From NCBI RefSeq assembly GCF_009914755.1, contig NC_060937.1: 64,000 nt of DNA; one strand, 5' to 3'. This DNA is from the human T2T-CHM13v2.0 reference genome, Homo sapiens. Made by a program: the position numbers and the translations under genes. Numbering within the stretch: the stretch's first letter is position 1; each line of letters opens with the position of its first letter. This document shows, one piece after another, positions 14,161-27,926 of the stretch. Under the pieces are notes generated by a model. It saw nothing but the letters and a program-made list of their open reading frames with translations, ran no database searches and was not told the DNA's origin.

Positions 14161-15352
14161 AAGGGAATACATTTTTAAGGGCTTCTGATGCTTTCTTTCC
14201 AGAGAGTTTTTTATCCTAGAGAATAGTATAAGACTGATTATTCCGCAGCAAATTTCCAGCAATGAAGATCATCTTTGTTGGTTTCCCAATATTTGTCAAT
14301 TTTACACACACAGAAAAAAAATGGTACATTACTATTTAAACATGCAAATCTTCTATTTCTAGAATATTTGAATATTTTTATTAGCAATTTATATTTCTTC
14401 ATTTAGGTCCTTTGCCATTTTTCTATTGACATGTTAGTGTTTTTCCTTTCCTTATTAACTTTCATAAAATAATGACTAATATATTAAGTCTATGTCTCTC
14501 ATTTCTTTACATGTATATTTTTACAAATATCCTATAGTATAACATTTTATGAATATTGGCAATAACGTAAAAATGTTTGGTACTAGTCAAAAATATAAAA
14601 TGTTTACTAACAGTATCCAGAACTGCTGAATTTTGCTCTGCTCTCTAGCAGTTCAGCTGTCACTTACAATTCATATTCACTTGAACTTTGTATATTCTAA
14701 ATCTATTGTTACCAGAGCAACTTCAGGAGCTTGTGCCAGGCCCACTTAATTTCCCTCCACATGTGTCTACCTACTTTTTTTCTTGAAAAGCCTTAAAGGA
14801 TAGTCAGGGTCAGGCCAATTAAACTAAATGTTATCTGGGAACTAGCAAGAGGTTAGAAAGTTGTTTGGTTTGTTGATGACAAAATAGATTGTTTCCTTCT
14901 TTAATGAATACACATAATGGCAAGTACTTTAATGAATCCATATCCTACCAGCAAAAGCCAAGAAAGTTGCCTTAGGGAGGTCAATTATTTTCATGTCTTT
15001 TTAGTGCTCATTTTATGGATTTGTATGGCCGAATTAATTAGCACCAGGACTATGTAAGAAAGTGGCATGAAAACAGGCTCTTTTACCTAATGTGAGTAAG
15101 CATGACAAAAAATAATTAAAATGGAGTCATTTCTTGAGGGTTTTCAAATGTTATTTTATCTATTTTGAAAGAAAGCTTAGCTGCAAAATACAAGATATTA
15201 TTAACACACATTAGTAAACCTTTGTATATTTACTTGTCAAAACTCCACATTTTCTTTAGTCCTTCTGTTTCTTTCCTATGTGTGGTTGTACAAGGATGTT
15301 TTACTCACTTTCTTTATTATTCATATAGAAAAGATATAATAAATCTCTCATA

Positions 15353-15688
15353 AGTTTTTCCCTCAGTAACCAAGGGTGACTGGTTCTAGGACCCCCCATG
15401 GATACCAAAATTTTCAGATGTTCAAGTCCCTGATATGAAATGACATAGTATTTGCATATAACCTATGCACATCCTCCTTTATACTTTAAGTTATCTCTAC
15501 AGTACCTATAATACCTAATACAACATAAATGCTATGTACATAGTTGCCACACTGTATTGTTTAGAGAACGATGGCAAGGAAAAAAGTCTGCACAAGTTCA
15601 GTACAGATGCTTTTTTTAAAAAAAAATTGGTGATCTGTAGTTGGTTAAATTCACGCATGTGGATCCCAGGGATAGGGAAGGCCAATTG
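15353..15688 (+). mobile_element. MER2 (TcMar-Tigger MITE)
   Basis: Colinear with MER2: GGACCCCCCATGGATACCAAAA...GTATTTGCATATAACCTATGCACATCCTCC...TTCAGTACAGATGC... Confidence 0.85.
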
Positions 15689-15854
15689 TGTTATCACAGT
15701 ATCACGAAAATTCTACTAGATGTAAAGTTCAGGTCATCTAATCCAGCCCACTTTTTAAAAAATTAAAAATTTGATATGTCCATTGAAAAAATCCTATGAA
15801 CTAATTGCTCCACTTTATAATAAAACAATAATTAACAGTCAGTAACCACTTTCG

Positions 15855-16010
15855 GTATCAGAGGGTGTTCTTATTTGTAAGCATTTCAAGCAACTCTTGC
15901 TGGGTTAAGCAAAAAGGGAGTTTATTAAGAGGATATCAGGCAGCTCACATAATCATTAGGAAGGCTGGGAACTAGGCCAGATGCTAAGCAGTAAGAAAAG
16001 TGCCACAAAC
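15855..16010 (-). mobile_element. Old MLT1 (J/K-like) MaLR LTR fragment
   Basis: TTAAGCAAAAAGGGAGTTTATT...GCAGCTCACATAATC motif typical of antisense MLT1 3' ends. Confidence 0.45.
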
Positions 16011-16449
16011 CTTATTTTAATGACCAGTACAAATATAATGGTATATCTTGGTTAATATCAACATTTCCTGTAAGAATATCCCCAAAATAGTTTCTGGTAA
16101 TGGATGTGTTCCCTGTTGCTGCTCTTCCTATTATAATAACTTTTAAAAACATCATTTCTCATTCCTAACCTTTACCTGTCAGTGGCTCCGAATGCACATT
16201 GGCGTGATACAACTGTCTGCAATGCTTGGGTCCTGTGCTTGCTTCCTGTTGGAAGTGGAGGGTGGAAAAGCAGGCACCAACACTGTGTGCCCCTGTAGTG
16301 GGAGGCAGTGTTTGCTGCCAGCTAACATTCATAGCGTAGAGAGTTTCCCAAACAGCAAATGGAGGCCTAGTAGAACAAAAAGCAAAAAGCCAAACATCCA
16401 TCAGACTGTCTGTGGGGCAGGCATTGTGGCCAGAGCTTCATAGGATAAA

Positions 16450-16560
16450 TACAATTCACTTTTTTGTATGAGAGAAAATGGAGAACAAAAGGAGCTAATA
16501 ACTTGTCCAAGATCACAAGGCTAATAATTAACACTGTCAATATTTAAACCAAGATTTCCT
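16450..16560 (-). mobile_element. MIR fragment
   Basis: MIR core TAACTTGTCCAAGATCACAAGGCTAATAA. Confidence 0.6.
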
Positions 16561-18007
16561 AAAGGCTTGGTTATAAAATCTCTCTTTTATTATGTCTTTA
16601 ACAAACAAAGACATAAATTAGGTTGAATGTAATTGTTCTTAATAGCAATATGTATTATATGACAAAAATATTTACATTTTTATTTAACTTCTAATTATTT
16701 CCACATGCAAAACATTAGAATATAGGTACAGAGGTTTCAAGGCAGCTTTGAGGGTAATGAAAATAATCCATATAATCCTAAGTTATTAAGTTCATTTTGA
16801 GATAATTTTTGTTTTTTTCCCTGATTAGACACATCAGTAGACTTGTAGTTTTTAAAGAAATCAAACATTTATTTTACTAAAAGTAGAAAAACTTTATACT
16901 TGTAAAATTATATTATTATATAAGAAATGCCCTAAATTAGATATATGAAATAATTCCCAGACTAAATTACTGTTCAACTGTTGCAGGTCATCAAATATTC
17001 ATACACATTTGCTCGTCCCAAAATTATAATAAAATCATGAAACACCTCAGAAACTATCAGAATAGTATAATTAAAGTCCTATTTATATTTTAATGATAAC
17101 ACATTAGATTTGCAAGTATAGAATTAAGGTTAAACACAATGCAATGTTGACCTTTAATAAAATGCAGTGTTTCAAATGGTAAACAAGTCATTGGTCTGTA
17201 TTTCACCGAAATCATTCTCTGTAACTATATAATCTCCCCTCCCCTTATTATAAGGAGCATTACAAGAGAGTATGCAGGAGATGAAAAGTGAACATCTATA
17301 GTAAAGGTAATGATCTTTGAAAATTTTTTCTAATGAGAAATTTGTGGCTCAGTGGATTTCAAGAGATTATTGGTTTTGGAAATGGATTCTATCAACTAAG
17401 GAGATAATGAAAATCATTAGGGCTGAGTAAAATAAAATAGCACATTTGTAATGAACACAAGCATTCTGCAAGCTTCTAGTTGCCACACAAGTTGAAAGCC
17501 TTGTTTAAAAACAAAATTATAAAAAATTTTCTATGTAGGCCAAAGCATTTCTGTGTAATACAGTATACTTACATTTATAGCAAGGAATAATACTACTTTG
17601 AATGTTATTTTTTAATAAGATATTTCAAAAGCCTTCAATTTAGGATGTTGTTATATAAGAGCAATTCTTCTTTACCTACTTGATATTAAGTAATCAATTA
17701 ATTTACATATAGATTATATTAAAATAGTTTGACCCAGGGTATTTTTCATCATATACTCAATATAGCAATAGCTCCCAGTATCATTTCTGCACAATTTGCC
17801 TGACGTTCTAAACCAACTCTTCCAAACCAACTGTTCCTTAAGCTTTTTAATCTTCCTTTGTTGTTTCTTGTCTGTTTTGTCTCCTGTTATATCTTCAGGA
17901 CTTAAGTCAGTGCTTCTTACAAATGATTAACTCACTTAAAATTTGTTGAATAACCATTTAAATTAATAATACATACTCATAAAGATAAATTACAAAAGTT
18001 TTGAATA

Positions 18008-18305
18008 AGCCGAGCATGGTGGCTCACACCTGTAATCCCAGCATTTGGGGAGGCCAAGGTGGGAGGATCATGAGGTCAGGGGTTGGAGACCAACTTGGCC
18101 AACATGGTGAAACTCCGTCTCTACTAAAAATACAAAAATTAGCTGGACGTGGTGGTGCACACCTGTAATCCCAGCTACTCAGGAGGCTGAGGCAAGAGAA
18201 TCACTTGAAACCTGGGAGGCAGGGGTTGCAGTGACCTGAGATCAAGCCATTGCACTCCAGCCTGGGTGACAGAGCGAGACTCCATCTCAAAAAATAAACA
18301 AACAT
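18008..18305 (+). mobile_element. Full-length AluS (Sg/Sc-like)
   Basis: Complete dimer, GGATCATGAGGTCAGG lacking the CC; TSD AAGTTTTGAATAA. Confidence 0.95.
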
Positions 18306-21069
18306 GAAGTTTTGAATAATATAAAGTTTAAATGTTTAGCACCACAACAGCCTTGAAACAGGTTATATGTAATTGTAGTAAGTTATGAGATAATAAAGAG
18401 ATTATACTAATGAAGACAATATTTTTAAAAGCTTAGTTTAATCATTTATAGCAATTAGGTGGAAATCAATTATTAATAAGAACCTTGAAACAGCTTTACA
18501 GTTTGTAAATATGTAAAAACAGATCTACTTAGCTATTTGTTTTAAAAAACAAAAATAAATGAAGTAAATGTCTATCTACTTCATATCGTTCATCAAATTT
18601 CAATAATTTCTTTCCATTATTTTTTCTCATTTATGAGCACTGCCTTAAAATCAATTAAAAAGACTTCCTTTATTCTCATTTTGCAATGCTAAGTGTTCAT
18701 TGTGAATGCTAACAGTGTATGATATTGACAAATATATAAGCAAGCTGTGCATTTGTATATGCTGATATAATGAATTTCTAGAGTTTTAATTATCTTCATA
18801 TCAAAATTGACCTGCTAGAATATGAAAAATATTAACAGCTCACTAAAAGCAAATATGATATTACTTAAAATAATACTTTATTCCTCTAAAAGGACATATA
18901 AACATCTAGACATAGACATGGTCTTCATCACATTCGTCTGCTATGTAGAAAAATAATGTAAAAATAACATTAAGTATTCAATTATTTACAATGTTTTATG
19001 CAGTGCATTTGTAAAAAACAAATATTAGAGTCCAATAAATGCCCTATATCTTATTCATATGAACCTATTCTTTTAGTATATATATTCACCTACTTCAGCA
19101 AAAAGGCACCGAATAGTACAACTCTGCTTTTGTCATATGGATATGAGTTGAAATAACAAATACTCATTCTTAAAAAGGCAAGAAGTGAATGAAAACATAT
19201 TGCATACTAATAGTACAATAGGAAACAAACTACATGGCTCTGGAGCAGATATTTCTAATGGCTCTGCTGCCATTAATCCCTCTTATAACATCACTTTACC
19301 ATTTGATTAATAGAGTGATGCCATTGTATCTTATAAGTTTTCTGAACCTTGAGTAAAATCCGTTCTACGATCTCTCATAACATGAAGAAACTTATATTAG
19401 CCCCATTTTTAGTTCAACTTTTGTTAGAAAAGATGAGCATAATTATATGAAAACAGAGACATTTTCAGAAAAAATTAATTCCCAACATCTTACTTGTGTC
19501 TGGACAAAGAAAATTTGAGGCATTATTTTCTTAGTAAATAACAATTGACACCAGTTAAAAATGCAATGACATCTTGCACAAAGTAAAACCAGGTCAGCCA
19601 TAACTTCTAAAATCTATAGCATTCTTCCTCAAAGTGTTTCTAGTAGATTCCACTTTTAATGTACATTGCTATCTGAAGGCAGATAAATCACTACTATAAA
19701 ACTTTAAATATAATTATGTCCATATTCCTGAAAATTAAAAGGGGTAATATACAGCAATACTTTCAAGTACAGCAATGCTTGATGTGCTAATAACTACAAA
19801 AAAATCAGAGAACTATCTAAATCCTAATTCAGGACAAAACAAATAAGTAATACATCAATCAACAAATAGTTTTAAATCAAAGTTTTATCAGACATGTGAT
19901 ATTTGATTATCAGCAAGTCAGATGACAGGTTTAAAACATGACCCTTCTAAATCCTATATTCCATACATTTATGGAAGCAGAGTAGAGTGTGAGTGTCAAA
20001 AGAGATTTTAATATAGCTAAGTACTAATTGTGTGACTTCATCTGGATTCCAGTAAATTTTTTAGTTATTTTGCTTGCATTTCTTCATCGCCTATTATTGA
20101 TCCCAATAAGTTACAATCTGCAACTTATACTCTGATGAAAATTTCATCTGTCTTAGTATTAAGGATTAAGGAATATAGGATTTAGAAGGGTCATGTTTAA
20201 AGTCTGGCATCTGACTTGCTAATAATCAAATATTACATGTCTGATAAAACTTTGATTTAAAACTATTTGTTGATTGCTGTATTACTTGTTTGTTTTGGTC
20301 TAAATTAGGATTTAGATAGTTCTCTGATTTTTTTTGTAGTTATTAGTACATCAGTCATTGCTGTACTTGAAAGTAGCCCTGCATATTACCCCTTTTAATA
20401 TTAAGTCAGATGAAATTTTGTAACTACTTTGAAGAAACTTACATTGATTGTACTTTTCTCATGTTAAGACATAGTTCTGGTGGTATATATATGCCTGCCC
20501 TAATATATAGCAGAAATCTGTACAAAAGTTTCAACTCCTTCTTTCTAGAGTCACAGGAAGCATTTCACAGACAATAAACTCTGATCAAATTAAGATGTAT
20601 AACATATCCTTTTGTATCACAGAAGATAATTCCAGAGACATACTCTACAAAGTCATTATGGATTGCCAATCACGAGTCTTAACCACTACCTATAAAATAT
20701 AAATCTAGGATTTATTTGCCACATGCTATATTCTTCTATAATAAATTCAAAATAAGATGCAGTTTGGGCTATCATAACTTGCCATGTCTTTATTAAACAA
20801 GCCCTAGAAATATCACATATGTGGGGACCAATATGAAATGGTGGGGTTATACCTCCTACAGGGATGTATCTATATCTAGGGAGGAGGGTTATTGGGATAC
20901 AACTCTCACTAGAATCGCTCATGTTCCTTTGTAACAAAGGCATTTAGAAACAGCATAAGAATTATATATTGAGACTATCTCCCTTACCAAAGACATTCCA
21001 GGACACTAAATCCTCCCCTCTCATCCCAGAGAAGATTTGCTTACATTTCACGGTAAACAGATATCTCCG

Positions 21070-21310
21070 ATCTCTGCTTCTAATCTTTAACTTCTACTTC
21101 ATATAGCCTTCCCCTTTGTGTAGATCTCAAGTTTTCCTCTTCCTTTCTTGTATTAGTGCACACTATTGGATTTAGGACTCACACAGATAATCCAGGATGA
21201 TCTCATCTTGAGACTCTGAACTCAGTTACGTCTGCAAAAATCCCTTTTTAAAATGGACCACAATGACAAGATCTGGGCAGACATATATTTGAGCAGGCCA
21301 CTGCTCAATT
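21070..21310 (-). mobile_element. MLT1 (B/C/D-like) MaLR LTR fragment
   Basis: ATTGGATTTAGGACTCACACAGATAATCCAGGATGATCTCATCTTGAGA...TCTGCAAAAATCCCTTTT. Confidence 0.65.
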
Positions 21311-21313
21311 TTT

Positions 21314-21369
21314 TTTTTTCTTTCATTGATGCCAATGTCCAAAAACATTGGCATCAATGAAAGAAAAAA
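21314..21369. repeat. Perfect inverted repeat, 25-bp arms, 6-nt spacer
   Basis: TTTTTTCTTTCATTGATGCCAATGT-CCAAAA-ACATTGGCATCAATGAAAGAAAAAA; arms are exact reverse complements. Confidence 0.95.
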
Positions 21370-24300
21370 TGAATTTGGAATATACTAAGCATTGCTGTAG
21401 AATTTTTAAGAGGTTATGGGAATTCTTTAATGTACTTTCATATCACCACTGTAAAACTGATAACTACATCTTTTTAAATGTTTACACTAAAGGCATCTAT
21501 TCCCTTTTAATCTACTGGGGAAAAAATGGCAGCATACTTCCAAATAGTTTGAGTTAAATGCTATTTCTGGATAAACATATACCTTGAAACACATTTCAAG
21601 TGATTATTTTTCGTCTTCTCACCTATGTAGTCACCTACAACTGCAACTGTATTCATTTAACCAGCCTTTACTGATAACTTTTGGTGTCTTTCCTATACTT
21701 ATTAGAATGGGACATGCAAAGGAAAGGCAGGACTACAAATTCAGTCTTTAAAAACTTACAGTACTACTGGGGAAAAAAGAGACATACACATTAGACAACA
21801 AAGAAATAATGACAAAGTGAAATCCACTGAAATAGAGGAGACACTTATGTGCCTTCATGATGGTCTGCAGTTTTCTTGAAGGCAAAATATGTATTTCTTC
21901 AGCTGCCTTTATTCTTTTTCCTTTTAGATTATATTTTTTATTGCTAATCTTTCTTCTTGTCCAGCCATTTATATTCACAGCATGAAGTTAGTGAAAATGA
22001 TTGGCATCTCTATTCATTTCTTTTTGTATGAACAATTGCAGAAGTCTTGGGACAAGAAAAACCGGTAATAGTTTAGCTCCTATTTTTTTCTTAAAATTTT
22101 CTTGAAAATTATATTCTACGTTCATATTGTTAGTAAATGTCATTACTACACCATAACTGTGTATAAAATCCTGTGAGAAATATCAGTAACACATGAAGCT
22201 TAGTTTATTTTATAATAATAAAATGAATACTCTGTCAATTAAATACCATGTGATAAGAGTTTTGAAATTTCCCTTTTTCTAATTAAGAAGCCCAGCTTTG
22301 AGCAGCTATTGCCATATTTAAAATTTATACTTTGCTTTTTCTTTATCAGACTCCATAATTTTTTCTAAATTTGTTGTAAAACCAAGTAGTAAAGTCATAA
22401 ATATAAATAGGCCTAAGTTTTTTGGAATTGTCATGTTTCACTGAATCTCTAATTTTCTAAATTTGTAGGAAAGACCACTTATATTTGTCAAATTCAGATA
22501 CAGTATTTCAGAAAAAATACGATCTTCACCTTCACCCTTTGATATATACCCACTTTATCACTCTTCAGTGAGTACCATATTATACAGTCTTTTTCTTTAA
22601 CCTAATGAAATGGATAAATTAAAGGATTAGGATTCTTCTTAAATTACCCCTTGTACAAAAAGTAAATCTGCTTTGTATTTTAATTCACCAACTGATCGCA
22701 TATAATACAAATGTGACTTGTATTCAGATAAATCCATTTAACATAGATACAGAGGTTACTTATAAAATACAGGTAAAGAAAGAATATTTCAAAAGCAAGT
22801 TCTTTGGATTCAAACGAATCCTTCAATTATTTAGAGAAAAATGTTAAATTATTGTTATTTTATGTTTATTATATTTGGGATTCAAAATTGGATGAAATAA
22901 TATTTTGCATTTGCAAATAAAGGGGGTTAAATTTAATGCAAAAATGTCACACTAGATAAATGAGGGTGAACCTAATGAGCTTCTTACAAAATGTAAGAAA
23001 CTTACAGCCAATAGTATTAAGGGCTTTCCATGTGCCAAAAATTGGGTTCAGTTACTTGCTTTTATTGTCTCTTTAAAGAACAGAAAATAAATAATATTAA
23101 TTTTGGAAACGAGAAAAGCTTAGAAAAAAAGTAGCTTGACCAATCAAGATAACACTGCTTTTGGATGAATCAGTTAGAGCCAGATTCTCAGGTACACTCT
23201 ATCAGTTATTAAAGAAAGCTCCAATTCATACTCCTGCATTTCTCCCTAGCCAGTTTGGAGTAGAAGCAGGCAAGCAGCTGAGATCACTTTATTCAGAGTG
23301 CCAGTAAGAATTACCAGGAAATCTGACTGTGCAGCACAATTCAACAGCTGGAAACTTTCAGTCCAGTTGCCACTGTCATTCTAGATATGTATGCAATTCC
23401 GTAAGTTGGGCTTAGGTTTCATTTGGAGCTGCCTTCAATATTTATCGATAATTCTGTAGCATCATTCAAATCAAGGAAAACTCCACCTTGCCTAGTCAAA
23501 CTCACATTACCTGCTTTTTGAAAAAAGGAGAGAAATTCTCTCTCTTCTGACATTTGTTCTTAAAAAAAAAAAAATATATATATATATATATATATCAAGA
23601 AACCTCTTTCTTCTTTTTGTTGTTAAATGTGGTTGGTACACATAGTAGAGGGAGGGTATACATTTCATGTTGCATTTGTGCCTAATTTACTAGCTACTAT
23701 ATTAATAACCATTATTAAAAATACTTTTTTGAACATATTACTTGTTTTTACAAATTAACTTACATTATATGGTTAAAAAATGAATTTTCTTAATGTTGTT
23801 TGACCTTGTAGGACAACACTTTTTACTGCTCATTGACTACAGGTAATGAATGACTATAAAACATAAACATATATATTTATGCAAAAAATCACAAAAATTA
23901 GCAATCACAATTTAATTCTTTAGCCAATAATATCTGTAGATATGTAGATAAAATCTTTATTTAAATTATTTAAATCATCTCCCTTTATCTTAATTTCTGG
24001 TTTTCTATAACCATTGGGACTAGAGAAATCATATACATGCTGTCATAAAAATTATAAACTCCATTATACAATCTTATGTAAATTTATCTTAGAATTATAT
24101 TGATGTAGCTCATTTTACAAAATACCTACAGAATCACACTTGTGCTAGAAAACTAAAATATTAAAAAAGGTTTTGAGTTCTATCTTAAAAAATAACAAAA
24201 TAGGAAAAGAAAGAATAAAAAGGTGGAAGAATGAGAAAATTATAAACTATCCATAATAAACCTGTATGACAAGTCAGTGGTATATATGCTCTATCACGAG

Positions 24301-24730
24301 GGAAGAACTCTGAAAAGATCCTCATGGGTTTTCTAAATAATTGAGGGTTATAAGAAGAAAAAACAATGAGTTTTTTCTTACTATCTTTATTAAAATAAAA
24401 ATGTCTGCATAAAATAAGTAGACTAGCAGTAGTTGATTTTGTTTGAGGTGTGTATGTGTGTGTGTGCGCACGCACATGTGTGTAGGTGTGTGTGGACTCA
24501 ATTTTAGATTCAGGGATAATTTGAAAGAATATTTAATAAAAGTCTTAAGTCTTTATTAAAAGTTTCTGATTGATAATGCTTAAAATCTGAAGAGCAGATA
24601 GGAATAAGGACAAAGTCCTGAAGAGGTGCTTTTCTCATTTTTTCCCTGTTTAATTTTTAATGTTTCAATGTTTTCAATTCTCCATGAGGGAGTCAATTCA
24701 TGAGTGTCCATTATTTGAAGGATACTCTTA

Positions 24731-25006
<276 letters not shown>

Positions 25007-25802
25007 TTAAAGTACCCTTGCTTTCAAGCAGTTGACAGTCCAATGTAGAACCCATGCAAGTAAATGGAAAATTATAATACCTTGGTCTTGCGAAGCTACG
25101 GTTATAAAGGGGGGCCACAGGAATCCGTAGGGAAAAAAAATCTTTTAATAGTCTTGAAAGATCAGGAAACATTTCTTGGAGACAGTGATATCTGGAAAAT
25201 AAGCAAGAGTTCTCTACACAAATTTAGCAGGATGAATGCTGAGAAATGGGAAAAGATTCCAGATGGAGGAGTACTATATTAAAGAGTTGACAATTGAACT
25301 GTAATTGATTTTCCAAACTTGAGGAAAGAAAAAGAGTTCAATTCCTAATAATAGCTGAGGCAGAAATATAATCAGAGGCTAAGACACAAAAGTTATTTTA
25401 AGCCAAATTTTGAAGTTTGGACTTTATGCTGAGGAAAAGGTTTCTCATAACTTAGTCAGATTTGTGTTTTAGAAAAAATAGGCAACAGGCATATTTAATT
25501 AGATGATAACAAGACCATAGGCAGAAAGGACTGTAAGAAAGTGCTTTCAAGTAAACTGGGTGAGAAATTGCTGGTGGTTTCAATGAGGGTAATTTAGAAG
25601 GCACATGCTGATATTCACAAGAAAGTTATTATCTTTTATCTATCAGATTATACCTTTTAAAATTTCACTTAAGACATAATTGTTTAATACATAGCTATAT
25701 ATTAGGATAGTTTTTCTTTAATTATTTAATACAAAACATTTTAGAATCTTTGAGTAAATATGTTGTACATTGTTGATATGGCATAAAAATTACACTATAG
25801 CT

Positions 25803-25978
25803 GGTGCTATTTAAAAGTGTTCTCTGAAAACCAGCATCATTAGCATCAATTAGGAAATTGTTAGAAATGCAAATTAATGGGACCCACCCCAAAACAAAAC
25901 TACTGACTCAAAATTCCTGGATTTGGGCCCAAGCTATCAAGGCTATTCTGATGACTACTTGGATTTAGATTACGTAGC
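25803..25978. mobile_element. MER5A (hAT-Charlie MITE)
   Basis: ACCAGCATCATTAGCATCAATTAGGAAATTGTTAGAAATGCAAATT...CCCACCCC...TACTGACTCAAAATTC. Confidence 0.7.
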
Positions 25979-26368
25979 CAAGGTCAAACATACTTAAAGA
26001 CAGAATAAATCTAAGGAGAAAAGTAATGCAAAAGTAATGCATGGCCTTATGTTCAAAAACTACAAAAAATTGTAAAGTAAGAGGGAAATATCAAGTATCG
26101 CAATTTTTAATAAAATGAATGCAACTTTGTTGGCATGTTTATTGTATCATTATTTTTAAAAATATCATTTCAAACTGTGTAACATATCTGATAACCCAAA
26201 TAAAATATAAGTATTTTGTACAGCACATTTAATCTCTATTGACCATGGTGATCTTATTAACTTGTAGAAGCAAGAATGAAAGAATCTCCAGATTCATGTA
26301 TTTGATCATTTAAAATTCTGAAAAAAAAACATGTTCTGGAAGAAGTATTAAAAATTGCTATGGGTCAA

Positions 26369-26650
26369 GGCTGGGTGCGGCGGCTCACACCTGTAATCCC
26401 AGCACTTTGAGGGCTGAAGGGGGTGGATCATGAGGTCAAGAGCTTGAGACCAGCCTGACCAATATGGTGAAACCCCGTCTCTACTAAAAATACAAAAATT
26501 AACCGGGTATGGTGTCTGTAATCCCAGCTACTCAGGAGGCTGAAGCGGAAGAATCACTCGAACCTGGCAGACGGAGGTTGCATTGAGCTGAGATAGCGTC
26601 ATTGCTCTTCAGCCTTGGTGACAGTGAGACTCTGTCTCAAGAAAAAAAAA
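26369..26650 (+). mobile_element. AluS, near full length (small deletion at start of right arm)
   Basis: Complete dimer; TSD AAAAATTGCT(A/G)TGGGTC. Confidence 0.95.
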
Positions 26651-26660
26651 AAAATTGCTG

Positions 26661-26750
26661 TGGGTCTGATATACAGGATTGCTTGAGGCCAGGAGTTGGA
26701 GAGCAACCAACCTGGGCAACATAGGAAGGCCCTGTTTCTTAAAATAAAAA
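26661..26750 (+). mobile_element. FLAM / AluJ left-monomer fragment
   Basis: CAGGATTGCTTGAGGCCAGGAGTTGGAGAGC...CCTGGGCAACATAG...CCCTGTTTCT followed by an A-rich tail. Confidence 0.7.
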
Positions 26751-27399
26751 TGCCATGTAGGAGATAAGTGTTGCTATAAAAGGCATAAAAATTTACATTG
26801 CAATTATTATGGCATTCCTAAAATTGAAAAGTTTAATGAAAGTTTTCCTTCATATTTTTTTCTTATTTGAAATAATTTTTGTCAGTGAAGTAAGTGTAGC
26901 AGTGACAACTTTATAAAGACACAAAGAAGACTAGAATAGTAAGAGTGACATATTCAACACGATTTTTCATTAACAGATATATCTTCATTAACTCTCATTA
27001 TTGTTGGCTGAATTTATGCATGAAAATTCCTACGAACCACTTTAAAAATTGTTAAAGCCTTATTAAATTTGCTTGTGAAGCTTGAAAGTTAAAGGCAATA
27101 AAAGTGGGGAGTGAAATAAAAAATGCAATAGTAGAGTCTAATTCAGATTATTCTATGTAAAAAGTAAAACTATTAAGCCATCAAAGATTAAAAACCTAGT
27201 CATAGAAGATGATGCCTGGTATTGGCATCAGTTGCAAATATTGACCAGATTAAACAGGTAATTGTAAAATCTCTATGCAAACATACAGTCATAATTATAG
27301 CACTTGTACTGACATACTCCAATTATATGCTGAAATTTTTGATTTAACACATTTAGAAGAATCTTTTTACAGAAAAATAAAATTTCTCACCTTATAGTC

Positions 27400-27700
27400 T
27401 ATAAAAATTACAAAATTGTTTGTTGAATGATGCCTGCTTGCTAATTTACTTAATAGAAAACTTTCATCCATATAAGAATATTTGGAAATAATCTCAATGG
27501 GATAAATGGCTTCTATGAACAACCAATAGCCGATATGGTACTTATTGGTGGAATACTGAATGTTTCTCCCTAAGATCTGGAACATGGATGCCCAATCCCA
27601 TCCCTCCTTGTCAATATCTTACTGAAAGTTTCCTAGATTGTACAAGGAAAATAAACAAGAGGAATTGAGATTATAAATAAAAATAAAATTCAAAAGTAGT
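27400..27700 (+). mobile_element. Old L1M ORF2 (RT region) remnant
   Basis: CTATGAACAACCAATAGCCGATAT...GAATACTGAATGTTTCTCCCTAAGATCTGGAAC..GGATGCCC resembles L1 ORF2 DNA. Confidence 0.6.
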
Positions 27701-27926
27701 CAAATATTTCAAAGTGAGACAAGCAAAGATAAACAGCATAACAAAAACACAGATTGTACAAATAAAAAATAAATACTGACATAAAAAACCTAAATTTCAA
27801 CAAAATTAAAGTTACATTTCCAAAATTTCTAACATATTGAAAAGAGTTTCATCAAAATAAAAATGTATTCATTGACTAAATTATGTATGGACACAATGAA
27901 GTTCCATGCAGCTGTGTAGTTCTATA

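Noticed and set aside
16283-16305. Possible CTCF site (reverse strand CCACTACAGGGGCAC)
   Set aside because: Mismatches or mis-spacing at core positions of CCACYAGRKGGC.
20700-21065. Possible old ERV1 LTR fragment
   Set aside because: LTR-like motifs, but I cannot assign a family or boundaries by eye.
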